NCBI RefSeq assembly: GCF_000143415.4
Contig: NW_003314327.1
Coordinates: 25,116-89,115 of the forward strand
Direction of reading: 5' to 3'
DNA: 64,000 nt
Source of the DNA: Selaginella moellendorffii
Taxonomy: Eukaryota > Plantae > Lycopodiophyta
Shown here in pieces: positions 1-12,481 of this stretch; positions within the stretch are counted from its first letter, which is position 1, and every line of letters begins with the position of its first letter. The notes beneath the pieces are model-generated. The model ran no database searches. It was not told where the DNA came from and saw only the letters and a program-made list of their open reading frames with translations. Made by a program: the position numbers and the translations under genes.

Positions 1-1
1 T

Positions 2-2600
2 ACAACTCTGAGGATCCCCTCTCTTCATGGGAAAAGAAAGTACACCTTCCTAAAGCGCAGCCAAAGGGATTTGAGCAACGAACCGAAAAGGCAGAAAATG
101 GCGATGGAGGTTCGAATGGTCTCGACAGTTGCTTGTTGCAAGAGGAGGTGCTGTCAACATGCTGATTGGGATGCTATTGAAGAGGAGAGAGCAAGATACA
201 AGACATTGTCCTGGAAGGCAGCTCGCAATTTTGTGTATGAGGCATTACGGTCATCTGTTGATGCTTCAGAACATCAGGTGGGGGGCATGGTCTTCCAGAG
301 GGGTTTGGTCTGCATGAAGGCATGGAGAATCATTTATGGAGTCCCTCGAAGCACATTCTACAGAATCAAAACTGAGTTCGAGGAACAAAGGGTTCAACAG
401 GCAGTCCATGGGAACGACGGTACGCACAAAACCAGGGGTCATGTTGTATATGGAGAGGCAATCTTCAAGAGGTTTGTCGAGACATGTAGCGAGCAGCAAC
501 CACATAAAACCCGCCTCTTGGAAGATGGAACACGAGACACCCAACGAGTTCTCCCTTCCATGTATACCAAGGGGGCCATATTGGAAGATGTGAATCGGGA
601 ACTCCAGAGTAATGGCTACAGGAAGCTGAGCCAATCTAGATTTAGTAGATTGTGGAGCAACAGGTTCAGGGATGTGAGTATAGGAAAGTACTCCAGCTTT
701 TCAAAGTGTGACGAGTGCACTGCTATCAAAATGGCTTTGTCGAAGAATTCTTGCAGCGCTCAAGAGCGAGAGACGTTGGTTAGAAGGCGGCTCGACCACA
801 ACATCGAGCAGAGAAGCTGCAGGACTGCATATTATCATAACAGGATTCTCTCCATGGAGAGACCTGACTCTTACCTCTGCATCATCCACGACAAAATGGA
901 CCAGAAAAAGACGTGCTTACCTCGACTCAATCCTGCCCCCAAGGCAATCTCTTCATCCATGCAGCTGCCTGTGTCTTTGTTTGGCATAATCGCTCATGGG
1001 CATGGTGCCCAGAACTATGGGAACTTCTTTGTACCTCTATGGGGTGGCAGGGGTGCAAACATGATGATTGCGTCCCTAGCAAAACACTTAAGGTCTCTGC
1101 AAAGTGCGCAGACTGAGCTGAACGGCCAACCCTTGCATAAGGCCCTTGTCGATCGAACCCCATACAGGGTTCAGCTGGAGGAGGAGCAAAGGCTTGCAGT
1201 ATCGCGTGGGGCCCCATGCCATCCCAGTGAATATGTTGGCCGTCAGATTGTAGGGTTATCACGTGAGGCCTCATGCCATTCCGACGAGGCTGGTCGCCCG
1301 GTGAATGCACAGCCTCATCCAAACGAAGCAGAATCTCAAGGAAGTTCTTGCGGCCGATGTGGCCTTCCACCCCATCTTCTGCTCCAAACAGACAATGCTG
1401 GCAGTGAGAACAAAAACATGTACGTCTTCGCGTACTTGGCGATGCTTGTTGCCAAAGGCATATTTGAAACGGTTACACTTGGCTTTCTCATGGTTGGGCA
1501 CACTCATGAAGACGTCGATGCCATGTTCAATCACCTGGCAGAGTCCCTCCGGCGATCCAATGTCCTCACCCTCCCACAACTCTACGATGAATTCCAAAAT
1601 TGCATCAAAGGCACTGTTGAAGCTGCACTTCTGACAGAGGTTCCAGACTTTAAGGGGTTTGTAAGAGGCTACATCAGGGATGGATCCGAAACGCTGATTG
1701 GCCACTCCAAGCCTCTTCAGTTTCATTTCAGCATGTGTGACGGTGCTCCAGTGATGAGGTACAAGATGAGAGAATGGGACACAGTGTGGCTGCCAGTGGA
1801 CGGCATTGAACTCTTCAAGAGAGATCCCATAACTGGGGAACCTATGATTCCTCAGGGTTCCCCACGGCCGATGCACCCGGATGGACTCAAAGACCAGGAA
1901 AGTATAGTGGCCGGGATTAGACAGCATATTGCCTTCTGGAAGAGGGGGTTGGTGTTTGGTGGAGAATCCTATTTTCAGAGGTGCAAGCCTTTGCTCGAAT
2001 ACTGGGAGAAGATTATATCTGCTATCCAAAATGGGCCGGTTGTATATGAAGAATTGGAAGAGTCCTTTTGGCCAGAACCCAGAGCACCAGATAGTAGCGG
2101 AACAATGTCCTCTGGAAATGTAGTGACAGATAACGATGTTGAGGATCACTATTGTGGGCCGAGGAACAAGAAGCCGGATTCAGCATTCAATCCAGTACAG
2201 GTCTGCAAAGGAATGGTCGTGCTTGTCAGACCCAGTAATAAAAAACAAATGATATGGGTGGGGCGCTGCATCACTGATGCAGAGGAGGACGCGGAAACTA
2301 ACTCCTTCAATGTAACTGTGGAGTGGTTCAAGCCAAGTTCCGGATATACGAAGGATTGCCTAGAAAAGAGATGGGTGCTGAATCCAAGGGATCCCAGCAT
2401 GAGCATATCGGTGGATAATGTTGTGCATGGTTGGATGCGGAAGCAGAGTGCCACCATCACCTTGCCAGACCATGCAAGAGATGCAGCAAGAGCATTCATA
2501 ACTCGGGTTCAAGGTGAGATTCATTAATATTCCTTTACAAAGTTTCTAATGTATTTTATTTCAAGGTGAACAATCCGAATCTGAATCAGAGGAGGCTTGA
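2..2600 (+). CDS. Sola-like / DUF7869-type DDD transposase-related protein; 5' end lies outside the window
   Basis: The frame is open from position 2 through the 818-aa ORF. Motifs: CDEC...H zinc knuckle, HDKMDQ, QTDNAGSENKN, FLMVGHTHEDVDAMF, plus a C-terminal beta-rich domain. A probable 52-nt GT-AG intron (2514-2565) leads to a last exon GEQSESESEEA* (TGA 2598-2600). Family assignment is by motif recognition. Confidence 0.7.
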
Positions 2601-3894
2601 TATAGTGTGTGAGGTAAAACAAAGATGATGTGACATATGCATTTACCAATCACACGTGCATAAATCTAATAATATGGCGTGTGGCCCATATTAATGGCAC
2701 ATAAACCCATATTGTGGGCTTATGTGCTTTATGTACCATCATTCCCTTGCAGCGTGTGTGTTGGTTTCCTTTTATAACACAACGAACTCCATATTTTAGG
2801 GTGAAGAGCGTTCTCATGGCAAGCACAAAATCTGTAAGTGAGGCAGAAAAGGAGACGGAGAAGGAGATAGGTGAAGATGTAGAATATATAAGTCTTCCAA
2901 ACTCCCCGTACTATACTCCAGGTGATCATTTTTCTGAACAAACGGCAACATTAACAACTATCGAGAACGCCCCAGTAACGTCAGAGACAACAATCCAAAG
3001 CAAAACAACTGACCCGGAGAAGGATGATAGTACCGCTGAGAGTACCAAAAAGGAGGTGTCCACTAGCGCTTAGGCTTATAATGGCGTGTGCCCTCATGCC
3101 ATTTACTTGATCACCAAATACCTTTTTCCCTTTGCACTAGTATATCTTAATACCGGTCTGAGAAATAGAATGGCATGTGCCCTCAGGCCTTTTACTAAAT
3201 CACCTTTGAAAGAAATGCAAGCCTCTATGTCGTAAAAAAAAGGTACTAGAGAAATTCCTTAATAATATGAATGTTATTTAGTTTCATGAAAATACACTAA
3301 GGGTCAAATGAGTTAAATGACTTCTCCAGACTAGCAATGCCTCTTGCTACACCTTCACAATTAGATTCGTTAGAAAAAGATAACATTGAATAATATCTAA
3401 ATGTTCTCACCATTAAGTTATATGTCTGGCTAATAGGAATGATGTTCATCTTGGAAAGCTCACCACACGCTCAATGAACAAACAAATAGTGTGTGCGCGC
3501 ATGCCATCGCTCTTCTTTAGCTTCAGATTCGGCTTGTTCACCTTGACAATGAGATTTATTATACAACTAGATGGACTCAGTCTGGACATAAGGTCACCAC
3601 GCTAGTCACCATGCCCCAGATATGTCTAGCCCCTGGACAAAAAACATATAATTTCACGTCATTTTTAAATACTTGAAAATTTGTACCTAGTCCCATTTTA
3701 CTGAATAAATCCCACTTTAACGAAATAGAGCTTGAGGAAAATAGAGGAAAAAGAGTGAGCACCCAAAGAACTTAACCTGTACTTAGATTTCGGCTCAGGA
3801 AAGTGTAATATGCAAATATAGCCTCTTGATGACTTCCGGTATGCTCCAAGGATTGGCCGAAATCGAGAAAGAAAGAGAGGTAGAAGAGGGGATA

Positions 3895-6330
3895 TGCCAT
3901 TTGGCTTGACAAATGCTTCAGCAGTTTTCCAACACATGGCAAATGACGTTTTTCAAGAGTTTCTTGATCAAATAGTGATTGTCTATCTCGATGACATCCT
4001 CATCTACTAAAAAACTCAGGAGGAGCACAACAAGCATGTGCGCAAGATGTTAGCGAAGCTGCGGGAACACAGCCTATACGCGAAGCTTGAGAAATGTTCC
4101 TTTGATCAGGAGTCTGTGGAGTTCCTTGGGTACATTGTTACTCCTGAGGGTATCACAATGGATCCTACCAAAGTCAAGACTCTTCTCGAATGGGAGCCTC
4201 CACAATCAATGTCGGATATTTAAGTTTTCCTTGGCTTTGCCAACTTCTACTGCAAATTCATTGATCACTACTCTAATATTGTACTTCCTCTCATGCATCT
4301 CACTCGCAAGGATGTTCCCTTCTCTTGGTCTACTACTGCTCAGTAGGCTTTCAACACACTCAAGGCGGCCTTCAGTTCTGCTCCCGTCTTGATCCACACT
4401 GATCCCTCACAACCTTTCTTCATCGAGGCTGACACTTCCAACTTTGCCATCGGTGCTGTGCTGTCTCAACTCGAATTAGATCAAGAATTTCATCTGGTCG
4501 CTTTCCATTCTTGGAAATTCCAGCCTGCGGAGATCAATTACGAAATCCACAACAAGGAGCTCTTTGCCATCGTGGATTCCTTTGGAGAGTGGCGTCATTT
4601 CTTAGAGGGGGCAGGCCATCAAATAACGGTATGGACGGATCACAAAAATCTTGAGTATTTTGCCACTTCCCGAGTTTTGAGCTATCGTCAAGCAAAGTGG
4701 GCATAATTCCTGAGTCGGTTTGACTTTGTTATCAAGTACAGACCTGGAAAGCTTCAAGGCCTTCCTGATGCTCTTTCAAGGCGCTCCTATCTCAGTCTCA
4801 GCCTAGTAATCCTGCCTTCAATCAACAGGATCAAGTTATCCTCGGTCCTGATCAGCTTCAAGTTATGGCAATTTCCCTGGCCCCTCAGGACTCCTTGATG
4901 GATGCGATCAGAAACAATCTTCAATCCAATGATCTCGCCAGCGACATTTTCCCCCATCTTCAGGCTAGACACCCAGTGACTCCTTATTGCTGGCGATTTG
5001 ACGAGTTCGAGTTCTTAGATGGCTTGTTGTATCGTGGGGAGCAACTTTACATTCCTGAAGGTGATGTTTGAAGGTTGGACCTGATGGCGTGCCACGATAG
5101 CCCGACTGCTGGTTACTTCGGCATTGCGAAAACCTATGAGCTGGTTGCACAGGACTTTTGGTGGCCTCACATGGACGACTACATCAAAGCCTTTGTTACC
5201 TCTTGTGACACTTCCGCCTGGAATAAGGTACCTCGCCACCTTCCTTCAGGTTTGCTTCGTTCCCTCCCGGTCCCTTCAGATCCTTGGGAATCCATCTCCA
5301 TGGATTTCTTGAGTGATCTTCCAAGTTTTGGAGGCTTCAACAACATTTTAGTCGTGGTGGATCATTTCACAAAGATGGCACACTTCCTGCCGTGTACCAA
5401 GGAGTTTTCGGGCGAGGACATGGCAAAACTGGTATTGAGGGAAATTTTCCGACTTCATGGGATTCCTGCAGATGTGGTTTCGGATCGGGGACCTTAGTTC
5501 ATCTCTTATTTCTGGCAACGGTTTTTGCAGCTGCTTGGCGTGAAGGCTAACCTCTCTTCGGCGTATCATCCTCAAACTGATGGACAGTCTGAGCGAACAA
5601 TTCAGATGTTGGAACAATTCCTGAGGTGCTTCATCAACTATCATCAGAATGACTGGTTCAATATCCTTCCCCTTGTTGAGTTCTCCTATAACAACTCTAT
5701 TCACTCCTCTCTTCGAGTTTCCCCCTTCTTTGCGAACTCTGGCCGAAATCCCTGATTCAATCTCTCACTTCCTTCTCCATCTGAATCCTCTTGTTCAAAT
5801 CCCCGCTCTGAGGCATTTGTCTCCAACTTCCAGGAAATCCACAACTCCATCTCCTTCCACTTCCATCATGCTCAGGAATCTCACAAAACATTTGCCAATG
5901 TCCATCATCAGGATTGTCCCCCTTACAATATCGGGGATAAAGTCTGGCTCCTTAGGTGAAATATCTCCACCACCAGGCCATATCCCAAACTTGATTTCAA
6001 ACACCTCAGTCCTTTCTCTATCATTGCCATCATTAATCCTGTCACTTATCGCCTTACACTTCCCTCCTCCTATCAAATTCACCCCGTTTTTCACTCCTCT
6101 CTCCTTGAGCCTTATATTCCCAGTCCTATTCCAAATCAGCACCAGTGCAGCTTGAGGATGGGTCTGAGTATGAGGTTCAGGACATCCTTGATTCCAAGAT
6201 CTCACGATCTAAACTCTACTATCTAGTCGATTGGAAGGGGTATAGACTTGAAGAACACACTTGAGAACCTGCAAACAACCTGATTCATTCTCCTGCTTTG
6301 TTCAGGACTTCCTCCGCTACTATCCTTCTC
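3895..6330 (+). mobile_element. Decayed Ty3/gypsy chromovirus pol (RT-RNaseH-integrase-chromodomain), Tcn1/Tf1-like
   Basis: [16 protein letters not shown] (RT); EADTSNFAIGAVLSQ, EINYEIHNKEL, TDHKNLEYF (RNaseH); WESISMDF, DVVSDRGP, AYHPQTDGQSER (IN); [10 protein letters not shown]...YLVDWKGY (chromodomain). Many in-frame stops. Confidence 0.93.
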
Positions 6331-6504
6331 GTCTCAGTCCTCATTCTTTTTCTCCATCCTCGAGCCGTCCTCGATCCAAGAGTGGTGGAGCTTCATCAAC
6401 CTATAGTATATATAGGTTAGCCTTCTACCATTTCTCCACAATCTGAATTAACGCCAGTCTAAGGCCTTTTCTTCGTTTTCACTAGCTTTTCTCTTTGTTT
6501 TCTG

Positions 6505-8395
6505 CATTTGCAGTGGTCAAGGCACTCAAGGAGTAACGACACTACCTTGGGAGGCACTTCAAAATTTACACGGATAATTTAGCAACGAAACACTTCTTAT
6601 CACAACCCAACCTAAGAGGGAAATAAGGTCGGTGGGCCAACACTTTGGCTGAGTTTGATTGCGAGATTCTGTATAAACCTAGGAAGAACAATATTGTGGC
6701 AGATGCTCTAAGTAGAAAAGCAAGCTTGAAGTTGGCGATATCTAGCGTAACAACAACCTTTTAGGATGATATGCGGACAACATATGAGAGCGATGGTCTA
6801 GCACAAGAAGTGTTGCTAAGGAACTAAGAGGTGCGAGAAGCTCACCAGAGAGGTGAGTTGCCAATAGAAGAGAAAGTAGATTATGCAAAACACAATGGAC
6901 TCATCTACTATAAACAAATGAAGGTGTATGTTTCAGAAGGGGAATTAAGGAAGGTAGCCTTAAAAGAGTATCATGACGGACCTCTTGCGGGATATGGTAG
7001 AGTGCCCAAGACGATGGGCTTACTTAACAGAAAGTATCACTGGCCAGATATGGCTAAAGACGTCCAAAACTATATAAAGACATGTCCAACATATTAGCAA
7101 GTCAAAGCCATGACTAAGGCTAATGGGGGCTTGTTACAAAGCATCCCAATTCTAGATCGTCCGTGGAAATGTCTTATGATAGACTTTATCACAGGCCTCC
7201 TTCCAAGCAAGGGGTTCAATGCGGTATTTGTGGTGGTGGACCGATTTTCAAAGATGGCACATTTCATACCCACCACAACAAAAGTGGATGCGGAAGGTGT
7301 GGCAAAATTGTTCCTCAAACAAGTGGTTCGAGTGCGGGTAAGGCCAGAAAAGATTATCTCAGATTGAGATAAGATCTTCACCAGTGGGTTCTGGAGAACT
7401 CTCCTGAAACAGTATTGCACCAAGTTGAAATTCAGCACAGCCTATCACCCACAGACAAGTATTGGGTATTAAGTCAAGTTTGATGGCATTAACACTTCTT
7501 GACAGACGGACAAACGGAAAGGGTGAATAAGCAGCTGGAGGATTATGTGTGATGCTATGTCTCGGGAGACCAAACTAATTAGGTAAGTCATTAGGGACTT
7601 GCAGAAATGTGTTATAACAACTCACCACATTCGAGTATCAGGGTAAGTCTATGGGAAGTCATCAATGGGCGAACTATTAAAGGTCCTGTGGAACTCGGTG
7701 TGGCCAAGTATCATGGAGAATTACCCATAGTGGAGGCATTCACGGCAGAAAGACTCAACATTTGAAATCTAGTGAGGGATTCCTTGGAACAGGCTCAACA
7801 AAGGCGAACCAAGTACGCAAACTAGAAGTGCTCAACAAAGGTGAACCAAGTACGCGAACTAGAAATGCTAGGATGTAGAGTTTTAAGCTGGGGAGAAGGT
7901 GTGGTTGAACACCATGAACCTTAGGCTACCAAGTGGGATCAGCTGGAAATTGACCCAAAGGTAAAAATGCATGTATTCCTATAAAATGAATTAATCTTGA
8001 GTTCCTCAAATAAGTTCATAGGGCCTTATGAAATTGAGGCACGAATCGGTAAAGTGGTTTACCATCTCTGACTTCCTCGAGAGATGGGGAAGATGCACCT
8101 AATGTTCTATATGAACTTACTCAAGCCATATTTTGAGGATCTGCTTCACAAGGACCAAGTAAGACCTTTACTTGAGGTTATCCAAGGGGAAAAGGAATAC
8201 GAAATTAAGGCCATCCTTAATGCATGCAAGAGCAAGCGACAAAGATGCGAAGTGAGAGAGTTCCATGTGAAGTGGAAAGGATTTTTATACTGTGAAGCAA
8301 CATGGGAACCAAAGGAGAACCTTGCAAATGCACAAAATTTAGTAGAGGAATTTTTGCATGGCAAAACTCTATGTACTTACGCAAAGTTCAATTAA
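6505..8395 (+). mobile_element. Second decayed Ty3/gypsy chromovirus pol fragment (RNaseH end-integrase-chromodomain), different family
   Basis: IYTDNLA...[56 protein letters not shown] (interrupted), KEYEIKAILN...VKWKGFLYCEATWEP. Contains stops and small insertions. Confidence 0.92.
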
Positions 8396-8428
8396 AAGTA
8401 TCAATTTGTGAAGTTGAGCAATGGCATA

Positions 8429-9640
8429 TGTTAGGACCCGAAGGCGCGCTGAAAATAAACTAATTAGCATGGGTTAGTTATGTCGACCAAGCATAGGGAA
8501 CTACACCCAACTCCCCACGGAAATGTCGAATCCATAGATGTATTCTACAGAGGTTGGGTTCAAGTCCCAACCCCCTAGTAAAGCAAGGTTGGGTTCAAGT
8601 CCTGACCCCATATTAGGGCGTGGTGAGGTGAGGGGTATAGGGACACCTTTATTTCATTGTCATGGGCTCTTAGCTGGGGAGGTTAACTTAGGCACACCAC
8701 TAAGTGGGGGGATGCCTCTGGAGACATGGTCAACAAGTCGTAGAATTAAAAAGAGACGTTTGATGTGGGCATCAAACTTCTTCTATGGGTGGTGGAGTTG
8801 TAAGGAACAAATTCCCTAAGGTGTCGTAAGCTAAAAGATCCCCAAAAGCACGACCGAAATGATAAAGAGTTCATCGGATAGGACCGAGTCCAAGACCGAC
8901 TTTGAGACCGAGTTCGAGATAGAGTCCGGGATCAAGTCCGAGGCCGACTCCAAGACTGAGTTCGAGACTGAGTTCGAGATCGAGTTCGAGACAGAGTCCG
9001 AGATCCAAAATCAGGTCCAAGACCAAGTCCGAGGTCAAGTCCGAGATTGGGTCCCGAGATCGAGTCCGAGACTTAGACCAAGTTTGAGTACTAATACAGG
9101 TCAAGGGGTGAAAGCCCAAAGTGTGTGTCTCCTGGGGGGGGGGGGCCTATAGGGGGTTCCAAAAGTATAGTAGGGATAGTGAGGTCCAGAAAGTAGTCTT
9201 AAAGGAACTCTCCAGTGGTGCTTCCAAACTGACTTAAGGTTGAGACTAGGACCGAGGGGCCTTGGGTGGGAGTGAGCATGGACTTAAGTGGCGTCGGAGG
9301 GGCCACCCAAGGAAGTGCTCAAGAGCAACTCCCACTCCTAGAAAGGAAATTGATTGCAGTGGGGGGGGTTGAGGTACCCGTATCGGGCTGTTAGGCCACA
9401 GTGTTTTGCTCTGGCGTCCCGAAGCAAGTGTTGCACCCAAGGCTTAAGATTTAGTGGGTCCCATGATCAAGTCTTGTTGTACCAAGGGATGTTAGGAACT
9501 TAGAAGCTTGGTGTGCTTGGCTACTTGTGCCTGTAGAGAGTGTAGCCGAACCTTAAGTTCAATTTAACCCGGGGAGGGGGATTGGGAGAGATTTGGGAAT
9601 CCGTGGATGGATGGCTAACACTCCATTGCTCGTGCAGTGA
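8429..9640. mobile_element. Probable LTR or non-coding retroelement sequence
   Basis: Begins TGTTAGG just after the chromodomain. Shares a GGGGTGAAAGCCCAAAG motif (about 9105-9121) with an inverted copy near 31649-31665. The right boundary is not determined. Confidence 0.35.
8882..9080. repeat. Degenerate 12-bp minisatellite (GACCGAGTCCAA / GACTGAGTTCGA type)
   Basis: About 16 visible tandem 12-nt units. Confidence 0.85.
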
Positions 9641-10860
9641 GTAGCTAAAACCAAGTAGGACCAAGTAAGAACTGGTACAATAGATGAGAACCTTAGTGAG
9701 AGAACTTAGCTAAAAGCCAAGGCAGTGTTGGACGGATAAACAAGTAAGCTGGTAAATTGGAAAGGAAAATTTTATAGCTTACACACGAGTGGCTACGCTC
9801 AAACCATTATACCACTGCAATGCCATCCCTTGGAGACACGTGGGAAACTCACACAAACATCAAACATCATCCCAAGAATGATATGTGGCAATCACCATGA
9901 AGTGATCGAACCAATAGTACACATCATCCCCAGGATTCCCGCAAAAGAACTCCGATTGAATGCGAGGATTGGTACCAAAAGTAGGAGGAGTTGTAACCAT
10001 GTGCCGTGAATGCTGCCATCAATTGAGTTTAGTTGTTCAATTGCAAGCGCATAGCATCAAGCAATTGTACCAATTGCTACTCCAAAGTCAAAAGAGGAGA
10101 TTGTTGATCTGCCATGAAGATGAACAAAAAAAAAAAGAGCAAAAGAGAAATGACAAAAGTTAGAAGGAAATGGTAAATTTAGACAATGCAAAAAGCTAAA
10201 TCTAAACCAAAATTTTGAAAAAAAAGAACAAAAGAAAGGAAATGGAAAAACCTAGATCTAAACAATGCAAAAGCTAGGTCTAAACCAAAATCCCAAATCT
10301 AAACACTTCTCAGGGATAATCAAAAGTGCCCCTCACCTCTACCAATATGAGTGTTTGGAATATGGAAAGGGAATATAGAAAATATGCATATCAATTAGCC
10401 CAAAAACCCTAATCTATATACAGGAACGAGTGGTCTGGATTGAAATCAATCTGACAGCTACTAAAATCCCATTATGTTAATATTAGTATACAACATACAC
10501 TTGGCCCTCACATAATGAATTTTATTTATAAAAAAATATTTGTTCTAATGTTTTTCATTACAACATATATAAACCTATTAAAGATTTTGATGGAAAGGTG
10601 ATAAGTTTAATATTATAACAGTTGAATTAATCAACTCAAAATTTTAATGGAAGGTGATGTCTTTTTAATATTATAAGAATTATAACTAAAAAAAGTATAT
10701 TAACTCAATAAAAATATATTTAATGCTAGATTTTATTAATTTTACTATGGATTTACAAAATAAAATTCTTTAAATGGTCTGGATTTAATGTTTTTTATTT
10801 TTTATTTTTAAAAGAAAGTTATTGTTCATTATATGTTTCAAATATCATACCACCTATTTA

Positions 10861-12282
10861 CTAAGTTACTTGTAATTCCTGAAGGTTTAGCCCGCCAATG
10901 AATTTCCTTTCCAAGCTTCCAAGGTAAAGATAATCTCCAACTTCCAAGCCTGTCGTTACAAATCCCACCACCTTCCCCGTTGGATCCTCATAGAACGCCA
11001 GCGGTCGCCCATCCTCGCTCACTCTCAATACCTTGGCCATCCTCGCATTCCCAAAGAATTTATCGAGAACTTCGGGTTGCGCTATGATGTACTTCAATGC
11101 TGGTATTTTCAAGATCATGTCGCTCAGCCATGTCCTCCCCTGATCAATCCAGGAATGCTTATGAGCCTCACGAGTTGGATTAATGCTTGGATCGAACTTA
11201 CCGACACCAATGCTATCCAGAATCCACCATGGCCATCGCGCTTGACATTGTCCGGCTGCCCCAGCAAGTTGTCCATGAACACCTCCATGGTTCCCGCTTT
11301 CTTACCTTTCAGCCAGTACTTCATGCACCTCACCCTGGAAAGCCAGGACGCGCGAAATTAAGCTTCAGTGGCCAGCGCATGATCGAGATGACTTACATGG
11401 ATGTCTCGCTCACCACTAGAAAGTCCTCCTTGGCAGAGAGCGAGACTCCATTCGCAAAAAACATGTTCTTGCGCAGGACTGTGGTGGTGCGAGTCGCGGG
11501 GTCGTACTTCAAGAGCCTGCCGTTTGGGCGGCACTGGAGGACGTCCAGTTTGGCCTTCTCCAGCGGAAACTTGCTCGTCGCATCAGTGAAGTAGATGGTG
11601 CCATCCTTCGCAACGTCTAATCCATTAGCCACCCTGTGCCGGACATACAGATCCAGCGAGATCACAGCAATGGGAACAAAGCTCTCGAATCAACAAGGAT
11701 GGAAACAAAGCTCTTGAAATCACCTCATCGTCCTCTTCACAAGGACGATAAAAGAGATCTGACACTCACATGAATTTGACACCATCGGCTTCGCTCGAGA
11801 GAACCTCCACGCGCTTATCCCGAGTGATGTTGAGCAGCCCCTGCGCGAGAGAAACAGGATGAGCGGTCTCAATCCCAATTCGGATTTGTCAAATCAAACA
11901 GAACTCTGCCTGGCACGCAGACGAGCAAATTCTTTTGTTGCCCGCGCACGACCCCAAGCGTAGGGCCTCCCACATTCACCCAGTTCTCCACCTCGCCAGT
12001 CTTTCGAGACACCCTCTTGATCCACCCGTCGGAGCAGCCGGTGTAGAGCACGCCATTGTCGTCGTCCAAGGAAATGTCCTCGGGACCGGGAAGCTCTCCC
12101 ACGCCAATCACCTCCGCCTGTTGGAGCACTGTGTTCACCGCGAACAATCCTTCCCTCTTTGGAGTTGGAGGCCAGTCCGAGGGCAGTGGATCAATCCCCG
12201 CGCGGCGGACGATTGCCGTCCATATCACCGATGCGGCTATGCCGATGATCACAGCTAGAATCGCCACAAGAAGGAATCCCAT
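10861..12282 (-). CDS. Strictosidine synthase-like (SSL/APMAP-like) beta-propeller protein, copy 1, multi-exon
   Basis: N-terminal hydrophobic anchor, LPGPEDI, ANGLDVAKDGTIYFTDAT, FANGVSLSAKEDFLVVSET, GQPDNVK, YLYLGSL. GT-AG introns. Confidence 0.9.
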
Positions 12283-12481
12283 TGGCACTCGCGACGCGAG
12301 AGGATCGACTTCTACGAGTGAGTGAACAATCCGTTAGGAGGAGCTGGATATTCTGGTCGACAGCAAACATTCCGTTTGGTATTCTGGCACGTTTAAAACG
12401 TTTCCTCCGCTTCTAGGTGGGCAATAAAGGATTTAAAACATGTAATAATAATAATAATTACAAGCACAAAAGCACCATATA

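Noticed and set aside
2714-3073. 119-aa ORF after the transposase
   Set aside because: Low-complexity and no family signal. It may be an element-internal exon, but I cannot support that.
8859-9152. ETEFE-repeat protein ORF or CRISPR-like array
   Set aside because: It is a 12-bp minisatellite without unique spacers, in retroelement-like DNA.
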